Origin: Phoronis australis
Taxonomy: Eukaryota; Animalia; Phoronida
Assembly: GCA_002633005.1 (NCBI GenBank)
Contig: NMRA01000277.1
Span: 429,152 to 493,151 of the forward strand
Direction: 5' to 3'
Length of the DNA stretch: 64,000 nt
In this document: piece after piece, positions 35,587 to 49,041 of the stretch
Numbering within the stretch: position 1 is the stretch's first letter
How the letters are laid out: every line of letters starts with the position of its first letter
Program-made: the position numbers and the translations under genes
Notes under the pieces: model-generated
Database searches by the model: none
Seen by the model: the letters and a program-made list of their open reading frames with translations, nothing else
Told to the model about the DNA's origin: nothing

Positions 35587-35741
35587 CATCTCAGGAAGAT
35601 TTGTCTGAGACTGGTTGAGCGTGCAGTCAGCCAGCACGCGGAGGTCAAAGCAGAGAGCAGCGGCGCCTTGGCAGTGTTGACGTCTGTGGTCGAGCCGTGT
35701 ATTATGGTTGAGCTTCTCGTGAACACTGGCAGGCAGTACAT
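35587..35741 (+). CDS. TOGARAM-like gene, exon C
   Basis: tttcag acceptor, gtatgt donor (alternative GC donor at 35733, same phase), phase 0-2; ICLRLVERA..HAEVKAESSGALAVL...P...ELLVNTG. Confidence 0.7.
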
Positions 35742-36212
35742 GTATGTTTCCCTGTTCAGGCGCAATCCATTTTCCTTCATTCATTTGACTAATAGAACTA
35801 TTTTGCTTTGACTAGGATGCTTACACTGTAACTTACATGTACAGTAATATATTGTGCTTCATTAACATGAATTCTTGCTCTTAAAGTCTCGACTAATTCT
35901 GTAAGATGGTTCCATTCTCTGCAGGCAAACATTTCTCACGGGAAATGGATCCACATTCGTAAGTTATGGCAAAACGCCAGCTTTCAGAGACTAAGGTCTC
36001 TTCATACGTCCAAATTTTGTCTCAGAACATGCAACTTGGAGATGCATTACCGAAAAGTGCCACGTGACCATCGTGTCTGGTAATGACGTCACGGGAAAGT
36101 CGAGAATGTTCAGCCAGAGAGCATATTGTCAGAAAGGTTCAAGCGTCCAACTTCCCTACTCATCATTTTATTACGTTCTTAACCAAGTTCTCATTCTTTT
36201 AACGATGGAATA

Positions 36213-36470
36213 CATGCGCTCACCCAGCCAAAAAATTGGGGGGGCTCTAATTTTTGAGAATGTGAACCATTTACTAAAAAATAAAAATATGGGATACGTT
36301 CAGTGCTATGAATTGTGCATTCTCCGAATTTTGATAGTTCGTGCCTTTTTAGTGGACTTTTGTCTCTTTATCTACCTTTTCAGACTTTTTGTTTCTCTGA
36401 GGCGGACCTTTTTGCCCACTTCGCCAAATGGGGGGCTCGTTCGAGCCCCACCCCCTCGGGTGCGCGCATG
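36213..36470. mobile_element. MITE with CATGCGC TIRs and 5-bp TSD (GAATA)
   Basis: catgcgctcaccc...gggtgcgcgcatg; gaata at 36208-36212 and 36471-36475. Confidence 0.8.
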
Positions 36471-36525
36471 GAATATAGGCGACTTTGTTTGTCTAGAAGT
36501 TATGTATATGTCTTCCATCTCACAG

Positions 36526-36681
36526 ACGCCGCAGGCCAAAAGCTATGTGTGAGCTGTCTCGTATCATGGAGCGAATTATCATTCAAATAAGACCAAGTAT
36601 CCTCTTCAAGCAGCCCCGACTCACGTACCTCACGCTGAGAACATTGGTGACTTTTTTGGAAGATGGCCCGGAGGACACCAG
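36526..36681 (+). CDS. TOGARAM-like gene, exon D
   Basis: cacag acceptor, gtacta donor, phase 2-2; ends FLEDGPEDTR (compare F-x-QD-x-x-x-ETR of TOGARAM/CLASP-type TOG domains). Confidence 0.75.
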
Positions 36682-36838
36682 GTACTATACACGTCACACG
36701 GAAAGTTGCAAACAGCTTTCAGCCGTAAACGATAGCAAACTATGTATTTGATCAACAAACTTCTGAATATTCACCAATTGTTATCAAGTTTGTTCATGGC
36801 CTGCGTTAACTTAACATCGTTGTGGTTTTTCCGTTTAG

Positions 36839-36974
36839 GACTCGCGCTGAGCAGGTACTCAGCTATTTCATGGGCAACCCAGACTTTTTTGAATTGCTTC
36901 GTCGACATCTTGCGGGAAACTTCCGGGACACGTTGTACAGGGCCTGCAAGTCGATACACCTGGCCATTAAGGAG
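36839..36974 (+). CDS. TOGARAM-like gene, exon E
   Basis: gtttag acceptor, gtgcgt donor, phase 2-0; VLSYFMGNPDFFELLRRHL matches the final TOG helices. Confidence 0.72.
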
Positions 36975-37892
36975 GTGCGTACTCACTGAAAATAGGCTAT
37001 GATATGTTTGTTCAGTAACGTATGCTGACAAATCTTGCTTATGGATGTGTACGCAGCACACTTATTGACAAACTTCCTGATAAGGCAAAAAAGCAAAGTT
37101 GAATCTTGTCCCAACCCCGCCAATTCATCATTTTGAGACCTAGTGCTCATCGACTAAAGAACGCTGTCGCGCATCACTTTCAGCCGAGGTAGGGTAATCA
37201 ATCTTTGAAATGTCAAGGTTTGTCAAGCGATGAGTAGAGAAAAAACAAATCCTGCGTCATGTTTCCTCGTCTAGGCGGGTTCCCTTATTAAAAATTTAGC
37301 AACTGGGCGACTAAAGAACACCAACCTCGCCACCAAAACGATTTTCAAAACAAAAAGAATACGAACCTGAACCAACTGTGCTTATATTATTTTCCGAAAT
37401 TGTAGGTAACAAATTTACTTACGTCTGCCGGCGTGTAATGTGAAAGATATCAACGAATATCTCGACCATTAGTTGTGGCATGCACCGTACAGGTATTCAA
37501 GCTGTTCCTCTGCGGTGTTCTTTGGTAATACCATTCCAATGCTGTTCCACACCTTGTGCTATTTGTTGGATAACAAAAAAAATGCAAAAAGTGTAAAATC
37601 ATCCGACCGAAACACAATGACTGGTCCTTACTCTTATAAATACTTGTACATGTACAGCGTCCCGACTTGCAATGCGATGCACGTCCGAGAGTTTTGTAGT
37701 AATAATATATTTATTTTTTCTCTCTTCGTTTGACGAACAATTCTTATTTTTGTAAATGCCCAGGTCTCGATTGGACTTTCAACGAGGCAGTCCTCCATAT
37801 TCAAGGTTATTGCATATTTTTGTTTGGGAATTTTCACCATTATCCAATCGCTAATTATCGAACACAGTATTCTGACGATGCGGTTTCCTTAG

Positions 37893-38108
37893 GGTAATCC
37901 GATGAGTCTCTACTACGACAAAGACCTCGAACAGCATAAGGAGGGACACCACAAATCGAAATCAACAAGTGACGAAGCGTTTTCGGATTGTGATAAAGAG
38001 TGTCGGAGGTACCGGGTTCACCAGGACAGTTCTTCGACGGGCACGAGCGGATCAAGTGTTGGCGTAGAGAAATCTTTAAGCAAGAGTTTATCTGTTTGGG
38101 AAGCATAG
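37893..38108 (+). CDS. TOGARAM-like gene, probable terminal exon
   Basis: tttccttag acceptor, phase 0; GNPMSLYYDKD...LSVWEA-stop; AATAAA at about 38394. Confidence 0.6.
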   Translation, partial: GNPMSLYYDKDLEQHKEGHHKSKSTSDEAFSDCDKECRRYRVHQDSSSTGTSGSSVGVEKSLSKSLSVWEA

Positions 38109-41100
38109 AATACTTTGCAACATACCACTGCAAGAATTTAAAGGTAGAACACAACCATTCGCGCATGCACGAGATCAAACATAGATCTCCGAGTCATTCG
38201 GAGTTATCACTGAATGCGAGCGCTCGAACCGCAACTTTTCACGAGTACGGCGATGACTCGTGGTTGGCGGGGATGCCTTGTTGCTCATATCTTATAAAAT
38301 GCAATTTACGGTTCTGGCGGATGATTTGGTGCTCGTGGGTTTGGTTGTGCGTTACCCTTGAACTTGTCGTTAGCTTCTTCAATTTCTAATAACAATAAAA
38401 ACGGTAAATAACATTTTAGACTACTAGAAATGTTTATGTAGACATTGCTCATTTCTTACAGTATTTTGTGCAGTGTTTTAGCTGCTTTTCATGGTACTGA
38501 TTGGGATATTTTGATATCATTCATATTGTTTTGTCCATATTGTACCATTTATGCAAAGCTATTTATTTTACAAATTTAAATTTGTATGAAACATTTCAAA
38601 ATTGTCTTATTGTATTTTGTTTTAAGTATTCAACCGTTTCTTGTTAGGCTAATAAACTGATACCAAAACAGAATCGAACAGTTAGATAATAAAAAGTAAG
38701 AGAACACGCAAAATTCTCTAAAACTGATGCAATCAACAGAAACAAAAGAAAAGCCCTGAACCATGCTGATTCCATCACTGCGGTAACGTACACTGTACTG
38801 ATTCTGAAACCGTGAGGTCACGGTGTTTATAACTTGTCATGTCGTGAACACATCCACTAGCACAAGAAAATGTAGGAACACCACATTTATCCACCTTCAC
38901 TCTTATCAGGCTTCTATTGTGAGTCAGCATGCGTGAATAATTGGCTGATAAGCCACCTCTAGAACTACTTTTGGCTGAATGGATGACCAGGCCATAAAAT
39001 GATAATTAGCCAAGACCAGTTACTAATGCAACAAAGAATGATGTGGTAGCATCACGTAGCCTTAGTGGAAAGTGGTATACTGTATTGGCTCTAATAAACG
39101 CTTAGAAAAATTCATTTCACGGGGAGGAGACGCTTATTGTAGCCTACGGCAGTTGAAACCCGGTTTCCCAAACGGGTGAAATCGGAAGCTAGAATTCATC
39201 AAATTTACGCTCTGTGACGTATTTGTAGCCTATGACAGTCTTTCTACAAAATTGTGGTGCATTGCCATCAACTTCCGTTGTTAAATTACGATAATTTTTC
39301 AAAAAGTTTTGCTCATCACAGGGCGAAAACTTGCCGACAGATGCGTCGCTGAATCGCGATCGTCAATAGTAAGACTTGAACTCTTGAATAAAAATATAGT
39401 TTCCACTCAACAAATTACCTGAAATCTCCCTTATGTTTTACAATTTTTGAAGTACATGTGGAGTCCAGATTAATTGCGATTAAGTCCAAATCTGCACTAC
39501 ATCGTACCCCACAACACGAGAAAATCTCTGGATGAACACACATGTTGTTGTCACGTGATGTTTGTTTTGAAGTTCATCTGCGTATGAGAGTGAGTGCCAG
39601 AGCGTGCGTGTGTGGGTCATCGACGATAGACTTTTTTGTTACAAAAGGCGGAGGATTATGCAAGAAAATGGCGTTTAGTAGATTGTTTTTTCATTTAAAC
39701 GGCTGCAACGTGTAAGGTGAGTGCTGGTTAACTCACAGGTTTTGTGTGCACAGGCCGACGGTCGTTAGCTCTACCGTGGAGTATTAATAGTGCAAGGCTC
39801 GATCTACATGTTGCGGACGAAGTGAACTACCCGGGCTGTGTGAAATTTCTGGGTCTAACGGAGACACTGACGCAGTGGTCAGTCAGCTTGCTGTATCAAG
39901 ACTATAGTCAAAATCCAAATTCGTTTTATCATGTCCCTGTCAATAATAACGGCATGCTAAAGTTTCTTAATTTTCGTACTTCAGGAACATAACAATCACG
40001 TGTTTTGTACACATGCGCGCACGCCGCAGATCACATCTCGGAAATTGCCGATTTGACGGATGACAATGAATGAGCACAATGAAATTATACAACTTCGTTT
40101 TACAGCTTGTAAGATTCATAATAAACGTATTTTGAAAATTGCAATGCATGTGTTCCAAAATCTAAATAACTTGGGTCCTATATTTTTGTATTCGTGCGCG
40201 CCGATTGAAAGTAATCGTGAGTGTTGCTGTGTTGCAAAATCTCTTATCCTGGGCCGATTTGAAAAATTCAAAGTTGTACTCATATTTGTTTTTGCTCCTC
40301 TTTTCAAATATTACAGTAAAAACTACTTGTAGCTCTCTGCATAAAAAGTACAGTCTGCTAGGTAGATTGTAATCAGCTGATCATATCCGCATGAGCGAAG
40401 CCAATTATCCTCTCTCGTGACTCGATGAATAGAGCAGCTTGGCGGCATCCTTCTGATTGTGAGCCGATCGCGACTCAGCCAAGGTGGATAAATACGGTCT
40501 AGTTCAAATTTCCATACCCCACCGTTTACCTTGTCGAGCGGGGTTAGGACCAATCTTATTTAGTGGGACTGTTCATAGCGTGCTGAAACTTTTTGATTGG
40601 TGTGGATGCTTATACAACTTTCAGTTCATACTGATGGACAACATTCGTTTTATATAAAAACAAACATACAAGCAAGCAGCAGTTAGCTAGTTGCGTTGTT
40701 CATAGACCTACAGCTGTACAGTGTCAGACGTATTTTGTGTAAACGTTGCACATCGTATTAGGACAGTTCCTCATGGCGTTTAAACAATACATGTACGCTA
40801 AATCATGCAGAAGTCAACGAAACGGCTGGAATTTGAATGAACTATGAACATGCAATATTCGTCTGAAATTCTCTGAACAGAAATGCGATTGTCTTCACGC
40901 AGTGTCAATATAAACACACTGAAAGCTACTTCAACAATTGGTTTGTTAGTCTTGGCGATTACGGTCATGCATCTGATGTAGGCCTACATGTAAGTACCTC
41001 AAAAATGAGTCACTGTTTTCCAACTAAAAACAAAATTGAGGATACATGTACCGTATGTCACACAGCACTAGGGATGCCTCGAAAGTCACGTGATACGTCT

Positions 41101-42063
41101 GCTGTATCTTAAAATGATAATAATAGGGGATCTTGACACGACGTCATCGTTGATCCCGGGCATGACCTCTTACTGATTTCCAAGAAATGACTCAAAAGCA
41201 AGATGCGTCGGTATGAAGTCTGACGTACAAGTGTGAGTCACCCAGACGGTATATCCTGCAGATTAATATACTGTTCGGTACTTCAGAGTTAAATTAGTAG
41301 AGTCATCTTCTTAATGATTGTCGAGTCAGCTCACTATAATTCCCGTTGCTCCTAATTATTTTCTTCCTAAATTCCCAGTTTAGATAACAACCAATGCAAT
41401 GCCTTCATTTCACAATTCTTCTCTTGAAACTGAAATTACACAAAAAGAATTGACAGGTCAAGGAAAACGCTATACAATAGTAGACTTACTACATTTCATT
41501 AGTGTGGTAACAAAATATCGCAGACATCATCTAGTGTAAAGAACACGCCAGATAATGAAATCGTTGGATCCGCTTCAAAAAAAACCACAATAAAATCCAG
41601 AGGAAGGCCGATACACAGTAAATTAAAGCCACTTTTGTGGCCACTTCAGACCTACTGATTAGCTCCACTGAGAAAGTAATAATTTGAAGCCGTGGCGTCG
41701 GCAATAGGTTGACCCGTCAAAGCGGATATGACTGGGCCCTTTTACCTGTCCACTATACATGTATCTACCAATGCTATTAAAACCCGTCGAGATTCACTTT
41801 CAAACTTCGCAACAGGAGTCACAGTTTTACACCAGCCTGTGTCAGCACCTGTTCACTGTATCTGTGTGTGTGATAATTTACATTATAGTACTTGGTGGGT
41901 GGTCTTTTCCCACAGTTTCCGTGTAATTTGCTGAAAGCATGCACTGTGTACATGTAGGTCATGCTTGCCCGTTAGTAGCAGACTTTGAAAGGGGTTTTCA
42001 ATTTTCTTTCAAACTTTTGAGGGTTGCGGAGGGTTACAAAAATTATTTTGGTTCAGAGAACTG

Positions 42064-42293
42064 GGGCCCGTTCCAACAAAACTGACTTAGCTAAGACAAA
42101 TCTTAAATTTTAGAAAATTTTACGATAAAACTTCAATTTGTCTCGAGACCGTTTCAAGAAAGAGATCTTAAGTTTGAATTAAGTTTTTGATAAAAGTTTT
42201 GTCTTAATTTTAACAATCTTACCGTATGTGGAAGTTTCAAAGCATGGAAGTTAAGACAAAAATGAACTTAAGTCAGTTTCTTGGAACGGGCCC
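42064..42293. mobile_element. PIF/Harbinger-type MITE; partial relative at about 14130-14250
   Basis: TIR gggcccgttccaa...ttggaacgggccc flanked by CTG/CAG. Confidence 0.8.
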
Positions 42294-42345
42294 CAGGACT
42301 GGAAAGTCGTTTTTAGTATCTGTTAGGCTAAAACCGGGTTTGGTA

Positions 42346-42507
42346 CAGTGCTGCAGTGGTAAAATTTGAGGTAAGTAGGCACCCAAAGCCCACCTTATCA
42401 CCTTGAGCACTGAACGTAACTTAAGGTGCATAGGAGCTACAGGTAAGTTCATGCACCAAACGGTGTTTGGCGGCATCTACGTGCGCCTACGCCCCACTAC
42501 AGCACTG
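42346..42507. mobile_element. hAT-type MITE with 8-bp TSD
   Basis: cagtgctg.agtgg...ccact.cagcactg TIRs; gtttggta at 42338-42345 and 42508-42515. Confidence 0.88.
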
Positions 42508-42720
42508 GTTTGGTATCCTTTCAAGCAGGAACAGTGGTAGAGTGAAACCATGACTTCACGGATCACCGCAGTCAAGCGAATTCTTGCACTGAGGGGTTGT
42601 TTTGACAGTAGGTGGACTTAGGAATATCGATCTGGAAACTATCGCGTATGTTGTAGACTTAGTCGTCACTCGTGCAAGAACACGTTCTCAGTACCGAATG
42701 CCCTAGCATCGTCACAGTCC

Positions 42721-43575
42721 TTACCTGATGTCCCTTGATTGGTCATGAAAATAGCATGTATGAGTGAGCCAAGACCCGGGAAAGTCAAGAACAACAATTC
42801 CCAGACGTCCATGTGAGCTCCTTTGTTTCTTTGCGTACCGATGAACATGGCCATTGATCCTATGAGCAACCGCATTTGGATAAGCGCCACTACTGACACC
42901 GCTGCAGAAAGTGACGAACCATTGGCCCCGGGATGCTCCTCTAGCTCTATTGAGATGGTCCGTGATACCACTGAGTTTGTTTTCGATATCACCAGGCAGG
43001 ATAGTGTTAACAGTGTAGTCATCCTTCACTTCCAAATTTTGCCAATGTATGCCCGCACCTCTTCCCCACCGATTTATGATTACAATCTTCCCCCTGACTT
43101 GACCTAAAGTAGGAGTGTGAGCGGATAACCAAAACCGATGGGAGCCATGTCGCGACACGTAACCTTTAAAGGTGCTCTCAAAACTCTCGGTGTTACCTTC
43201 GGAATCATGCTCTGGTTTTACGCTCATCAAAATAGTTTCTGTTGGATTTTTCTCCAAAAAGTTTATCGCCGACGTCAGAACATCATAAAAACTTGCATGC
43301 TGGTACTTCACGCCGTGATGGATTTCAAAACGGTCATAAAAGTGGCGACAACGGATGTCAACAAAACGGATGCCTGCCACAAACTGCAGGAACAGACTCA
43401 TTGTTTGGCAAGCTATTAGACTCCCTCCATGGAAAGACATAGACTGGTGTGTCCCTGGAATGGACATGTCCGCTAGACTTCTGGAGTCGGGAATTCCACT
43501 CATCCAGTTGGACCAGTCTTCATCTATTCGTTCGCCCGTAAAGTAAGACTCCGGACCGCTGAGTTCGGCTCCCAT
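42721..43575 (-). CDS. Bacterial-type phosphatidylinositol-specific phospholipase C (PI-PLC X domain), single coding exon, 284 aa
   Basis: ATG at 43575 (MGAELS); WMSGIPD, SIPGTH, CQ, GIRFVDIRCR, IHHG, FL..NPTETILM, PTLGQVRGKIV and GIVVLDFPG are hallmarks of Bacillus-like PI-PLC; 4-bp insertion near the C terminus. Confidence 0.9.
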   Translation of the reverse strand: MGAELSGPESYFTGERIDEDWSNWMSGIPDSRSLADMSIPGTHQSMSFHGGSLIACQTMSLFLQFVAGIRFVDIRCRHFYDRFEIHHGVKYQHASFYDVLTSAINFLEKNPTETILMSVKPEHDSEGNTESFESTFKGYVSRHGSHRFWLSAHTPTLGQVRGKIVIINRWGRGAGIHWQNLEVKDDYTVNTILPGDIENKLSGITDHLNRARGASRGQWFVTFCSGVSSGAYPNAVAHRINGHVHRYAKKQRSSHGRLGIVVLDFPGSWLTHTCYFHDQSRDIR

Positions 43576-46500
43576 GTTCTTTCTCAGGAAGAAACAAAGT
43601 CGCTTGTGTTGCAAATTCTGTGCTGTCTCCTCAATTTAAAGTTGGCCTCGATAGAGTTTCAGCACCAGTTTCGAATCGTGCGGAAAACTGTGTCTAACGA
43701 TTTATAACCACAGATTAAAGTAGGCCTTTACCCTTCGTAAAATAGAAGTGATGTTCTACCGAGAGTTGAGTTTAAACCTTATGACCTTAGGTGTTATTTT
43801 TTCAGAAGTAAGTACATGTAGGAGGTAATAAGGGGGAGGGGTGAATCATTACACTCTTTCATAGTGCTACGAAAGGTAGTATGGCGACCAAATTTGATTT
43901 GAGCAGTTGCAATTTATTAAAACAAGCAGTGATCGAAGTAAAGAAAATCAAGGGAACCCAGAGGCTTAAGCTCAAACAAGCTAGTGCATAAAGGTGTGTG
44001 CAAGTGGTGGCGATGTGATTGGTATACTTCCAACCACGGCATGCGCATTGATGCCCACACACGGAACTCGTCTGCTGTCGTTCATCAGGCTTCCACAGGG
44101 CCACTTTTCACTGTAGGTGGCTCTGTGTCAGATGACAGATTTTTTTCGCATAAACATTAGCCACATTAGCGCTTCTCTGATGTCCAGCGAGGAAATGAAA
44201 CTTAGGTACAGCGTGCTTAAAGAATGAGCGAATTTTCACGAACACCAATAACGCAACGCCTCGATTGCCAAATTTATAAGACCATAATGGAGGAGGACTG
44301 ATGTTGTGATTAGTTGTCCCAATGCTGTGCTGTACAGGTGTGGACATGTATCGACCAATAAATACTCGAATTTTAGATCAGCTAATTATCATTTCGTAAA
44401 ATAGTGTTTACGGTTGTTCTACATGTAATTTGATCAATGTTTTTGATGTTTTAATAAGCATTTTAAGATACCACCGAAACTGCTGTCAAATCGTTGTTTG
44501 TGAATTAGTGGATCGGCTTTTGTTATCTTATCTCCATGTACTTGAACGTGTACCTGTAGGTCTCTTTCTTTATGCACGGGGGTCTATCTACACTTATCTC
44601 GATGACCTGTTTGAGAGCACAAACTCACACCCACTGATTGACTCATATCGCACACTTTGATGAATATTTGAGAGTACTGGTATGGCAAACGGGCAAATTT
44701 CCCAATGAGTCATCAAATATACATACATGTACCGCCGTACGGGAATTCCACTTTCAAGGTGACTAGACGTATCGCGCAATAGCAAAATCCCAGCAAACGG
44801 GATTTCCCTGTCCGTGGCGACAGACCCAGTTTCAGACAACAGTGTGCGCTCCCTGTGCGGTTGAAGACACGAATTGCGCAACCTAAGTCGGAACCCCCTA
44901 GCAGTGTCATAATCGTCGCAAACACGTCACTTTTGAAGCTTTTTCGGTTTTCAGCGAATTCACAAAGTAATTTGCCACTATAAAATGAACACGCTCCTTA
45001 GAAAAACTTACATGTAGCTACATGTAGCCATTTCTTAATGTCCAAAAGGTACAGCAGTTATTCCAGTCTGTTGTCAGAAGAGGTAAGTTATAGTCAGCAC
45101 TTTTAAGATTTGGTTCTAGCACGCTACGTTTTTGTCGTCTGCATACACTTTTACTTCTTGCAATCTGTTATGATTACGATTATCAATTAACCCTGAAACG
45201 TCTGTTAACTATCGGTGGTAATTGTCAATATTCGTAAAATTATTATTCAAAAATGCAATATTCTCACATCGTACTTTTTATTGCTGCAGTATACCCAAAA
45301 TAATTCTTTTACGGTCAGAGCTGCTGGTATGCTGGTTCTTAGGGATGATTCTCACAAACTTTTAAACCCTTATTTTGTAGTGTATGGCTGAAGAAAAGGT
45401 TCCATTGTTTGTGTATCTTGCAACGGAAAATATCGACCCTAATCCTCAAATAAAAAGCAAATTAGCACCATTTTGCATAAATGACAGGAAAAAAACCAAC
45501 GGCACTAGCAATGGGCTTTGACCATACGCCGGTAGAACTCTTGTCTGCTGCAGAACACAACTGGTGCTCGTTTAAGTCTTAACTCGGGAGCTCCTTGCGA
45601 CGAAACTGGTAGTGAGCCTGGTCAACTGTTCCCGTGACAGTGTAAGCATTCAGCGTGGTCAGAGTGACGCTATTGAAGCTACATGTACGTGGGACCAATT
45701 TTTGCCAACGTAGAAACATCGCATCTCAGAAATGGCTAAATCAGTGGAGTCACATGAAACTTCCCGATACCATGCGATATACACTGTTCTACAAAACTTT
45801 TCTAGGAATACGGTTTCTAAAATATCTCCCTTTTGCATGAGACCTATCAAAAATTATATAATGATGTGATTTTCCGAGAAAGGCGCAGTTGCATAGAACA
45901 ACAACGAAACGATTATTTAGAAAACTGTGACAACGCTTTTAGATTTGATGTATATCATACGACATTTGGTAATGTGTTTTATCATGTCGCTTTGCTATAA
46001 AAATGTGCCTAAAATTATAAGTACTTTTTCTTAGAGAGTGATTTACATGTAAAAAGTGGTAGATACATGTAGCATGGACGGCGCAGCACTAAAATAAGTG
46101 GGGGCTACATGTGTAGCACCTCAGCCCCCGTGGATAGATATAAAGACAAAGGCAGATTTCTGCGAATTTTTCTACTTTCATAAAATAGAATTTTTTTTTT
46201 CAATTCTATGGATTTTGGATATTTTTATAAATGTACAACCTCGTCAATAGCGTTCTACACAATCTTGATGTAGAGATTAAATTCTCATGCGATACCATTC
46301 AATGCTGAGTCTTAGTAGTACGCTCAGATGAAACACTTAAAGTAAGGTACACTCTCGGAGAGAAAAAGTAATTTAACAAAAAATATTCGAAACCACAGGC
46401 TCCGCAAAAACAGCCCAGCAGCCTGCCAAATGCCAACAAAGCGTAAAACAGTATTTTCAGAATATTTTTAAAATGTTAACGATGGCCTTGATATGAGCGA

Positions 46501-47804
46501 ATGTGTAGCAGACACCATGGAGAATTGCCGATTTCTAATAAAATCACAAAAACACAACGACTGTTTCTTGCATCATACTGTAGCGCTAGTCTAAGCTAAT
46601 AATTCACCGTCTTGGGCGCTAATGAATTTCAAAACGGCGTGTACATGTGTAGATTTCGAAACTCAGCTATCGGTGTTGGAGTTGGCAGCTGTCCACGTGG
46701 TATTGATATCAGTTTTGTTCACTATGTATCTTACGGTTTTTTTCCTAAAAATTTAATGTTTCATTTTCTATTTAGGCTCAAATTTCGAAAAATGATCTTT
46801 CAACTGCTCGGCAAGGCACGTATCCGTGTTTGGTATCGCAAGCCACAGTCAGTCAGCATTGCGCGCAAATGGCTGTAAATTTGCATTGGTATGAAGGAGT
46901 TTTTATTGCGTTTATGAATTTGACGGTTTTTTTCTAGAAATTTTCGCAAAATGCGAAGTGCTTAACTCTCACGATAGCATGCCCAAGAAGTAGATTCATC
47001 ATGATCTTTTAAAAGGGTGTTGTTTTTATGAGTATTTTCGAGTTCTATTTCTCTAAAAGTTATGAACGGTCAGTAATGATCTTTGTTGTTTTGAAACATC
47101 GCTGTATCCACCATTTTAACTCTATATTGTTATCACATTTGCTCAGTCCTCGGTTTCCATGGAGAGTGCGTGGTAAGGATACTGAAGCCGGTGCAGGCCT
47201 GTTTTAAAACAGATATCAAGAAGGACTTTAACCTCCTTTTCGAGGAAACGAAATAATGTTCTGTGACCCTTATCAACCCTCAACAATTTGGAGCAACTTT
47301 TGAGAAAACTTCTTTCAAAATCAAGCGTCACATACATGTAGTACTTATTAGGACTGAGTAACTTGGCAACTACATGTACATGTATAGGGAAATGGACCTA
47401 CAGGAACTAGGAGCCACAATATCCAATCTGTAACGCAAGGTATACATGCAATTTTATTTAAACCAAGCTAATATCAGTAAAGCGGAAACTGGAGAATGGT
47501 GCATTAGCTAGAACGTTGTGTTCGGTTGAAAACACAAAAACGAATTAATGTCGATTTTAACTGTCAAAACTCGTGTTTACGCCTGTATTCAGGATGCCTG
47601 CTAGTGGGTCACTAACGCAAGTCAAATTAGAACAAATTCATGGTGAAATATGTTAAATTTGCAATATTTAGTTTTCGAAAACAGAAAGAATCGGACAACA
47701 TTAAGATTAGAATGTGGGAGAGCCCTCAGTGCTGCCATGGAATGAATCTGTTATACATTAAATTGTTTAGTGTTACTTCTATTAAATGATGAAGTGTGTG
47801 AATG

Positions 47805-47872
47805 AGTGTGTGCGTGTGTGCGTGTGCGTGTGTGTGTGTGTGCGTGTGTGTGTGTGTGTGCGTGTGCGTGTG
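47805..47872. repeat. (GT)n/(GCGT) microsatellite
   Basis: Direct inspection. Confidence 0.95.
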
Positions 47873-49041
47873 GGAGTGAAAGCCCTGCCCCCTATTGCTT
47901 GTTCATCCTTTAATTAAATGACGTGTTATAAGTGTATATTGTTGAAGAACGAATTTTGAAAAATACAACAAATCTGTAAAGCTTATTTTCTAATTTTAAC
48001 TTTGAAGTAGCAACAGGTGTGTGCCCTTAAAAGTAAACCTGAAGCCACTGTTTTGAAACAGTGGACCACTGAGTGACAAGTAAGCTGTGATTAAAACCGG
48101 CGTTCTTTCTCAAAATCGATATAATTTGATTGAGATTCTTAACCGTTATAAAAATTCCCTTAATTCAATTGTTCCTTACTCGGATAATAAGTGATTTCTG
48201 GGTTTGTAAACAACAAGTGATGACGTTATGACCCTCAAGGGTATGCTCCCCGACACCACACCCGGTGACTACTCAACTTGTCCCTGAATTTCTTTTGAAG
48301 CTTTGTTACTTTCACCAATTTGTAAATGAGGAACGGTTTTTTACTAATTTAGCAACGGTAAAGTGCTAAAATCGAGAGTTTTTTTGTGATGGAAGGGGTT
48401 CATATCCGCTTAAAAGATCACGTGACTCGTTTTTACTAACTGCCAGCTAATTTCCAAGTGATGTAAAAGCTTCCAATGTAAGACTTGTACCAAAGTTTCT
48501 CGCTAGAATGTATTACGATAAACACGAGCATGTTATGCAGGCAGACTGTGTTTAATTTTTTGATTTCATGAAATTTAGGAACGAAAGAAAAAGGTGTACT
48601 AGTGCACACGAGTGCCCCACGAGGAAAAGAGTTTATAATTCAGTGATGGCCGGATATATATATATATATATGTGTATATATATACATGCACACGTAGTCT
48701 TCAGTGATAGCCTCGGGTTCCCTATCAACTTGATATTGCTCAAACCCAGCCCGCAATCCCCCTCCCTCAAAGATAGATCCCGACTCGACACCGTTTCACT
48801 AGCGTTAATTTCTTTACAGTCGAGTACATGTATTTGTGTAGTACATGTACACACATGTACATGTACTGTACAGCGGTAGAAAATTTCTTTGTCAAACTGA
48901 CGTACAATGCAGAGGAAGTACTGAACTTATATTGGAATGAAACTTCGGGGGTTACGGGAACGTTTTGCGCCTTCGAGATTTTGCTTTTCATTTGTGGTAT
49001 CTCATTAAGATGGTATTCGTTTTTCCAGAAATTGACCTACA

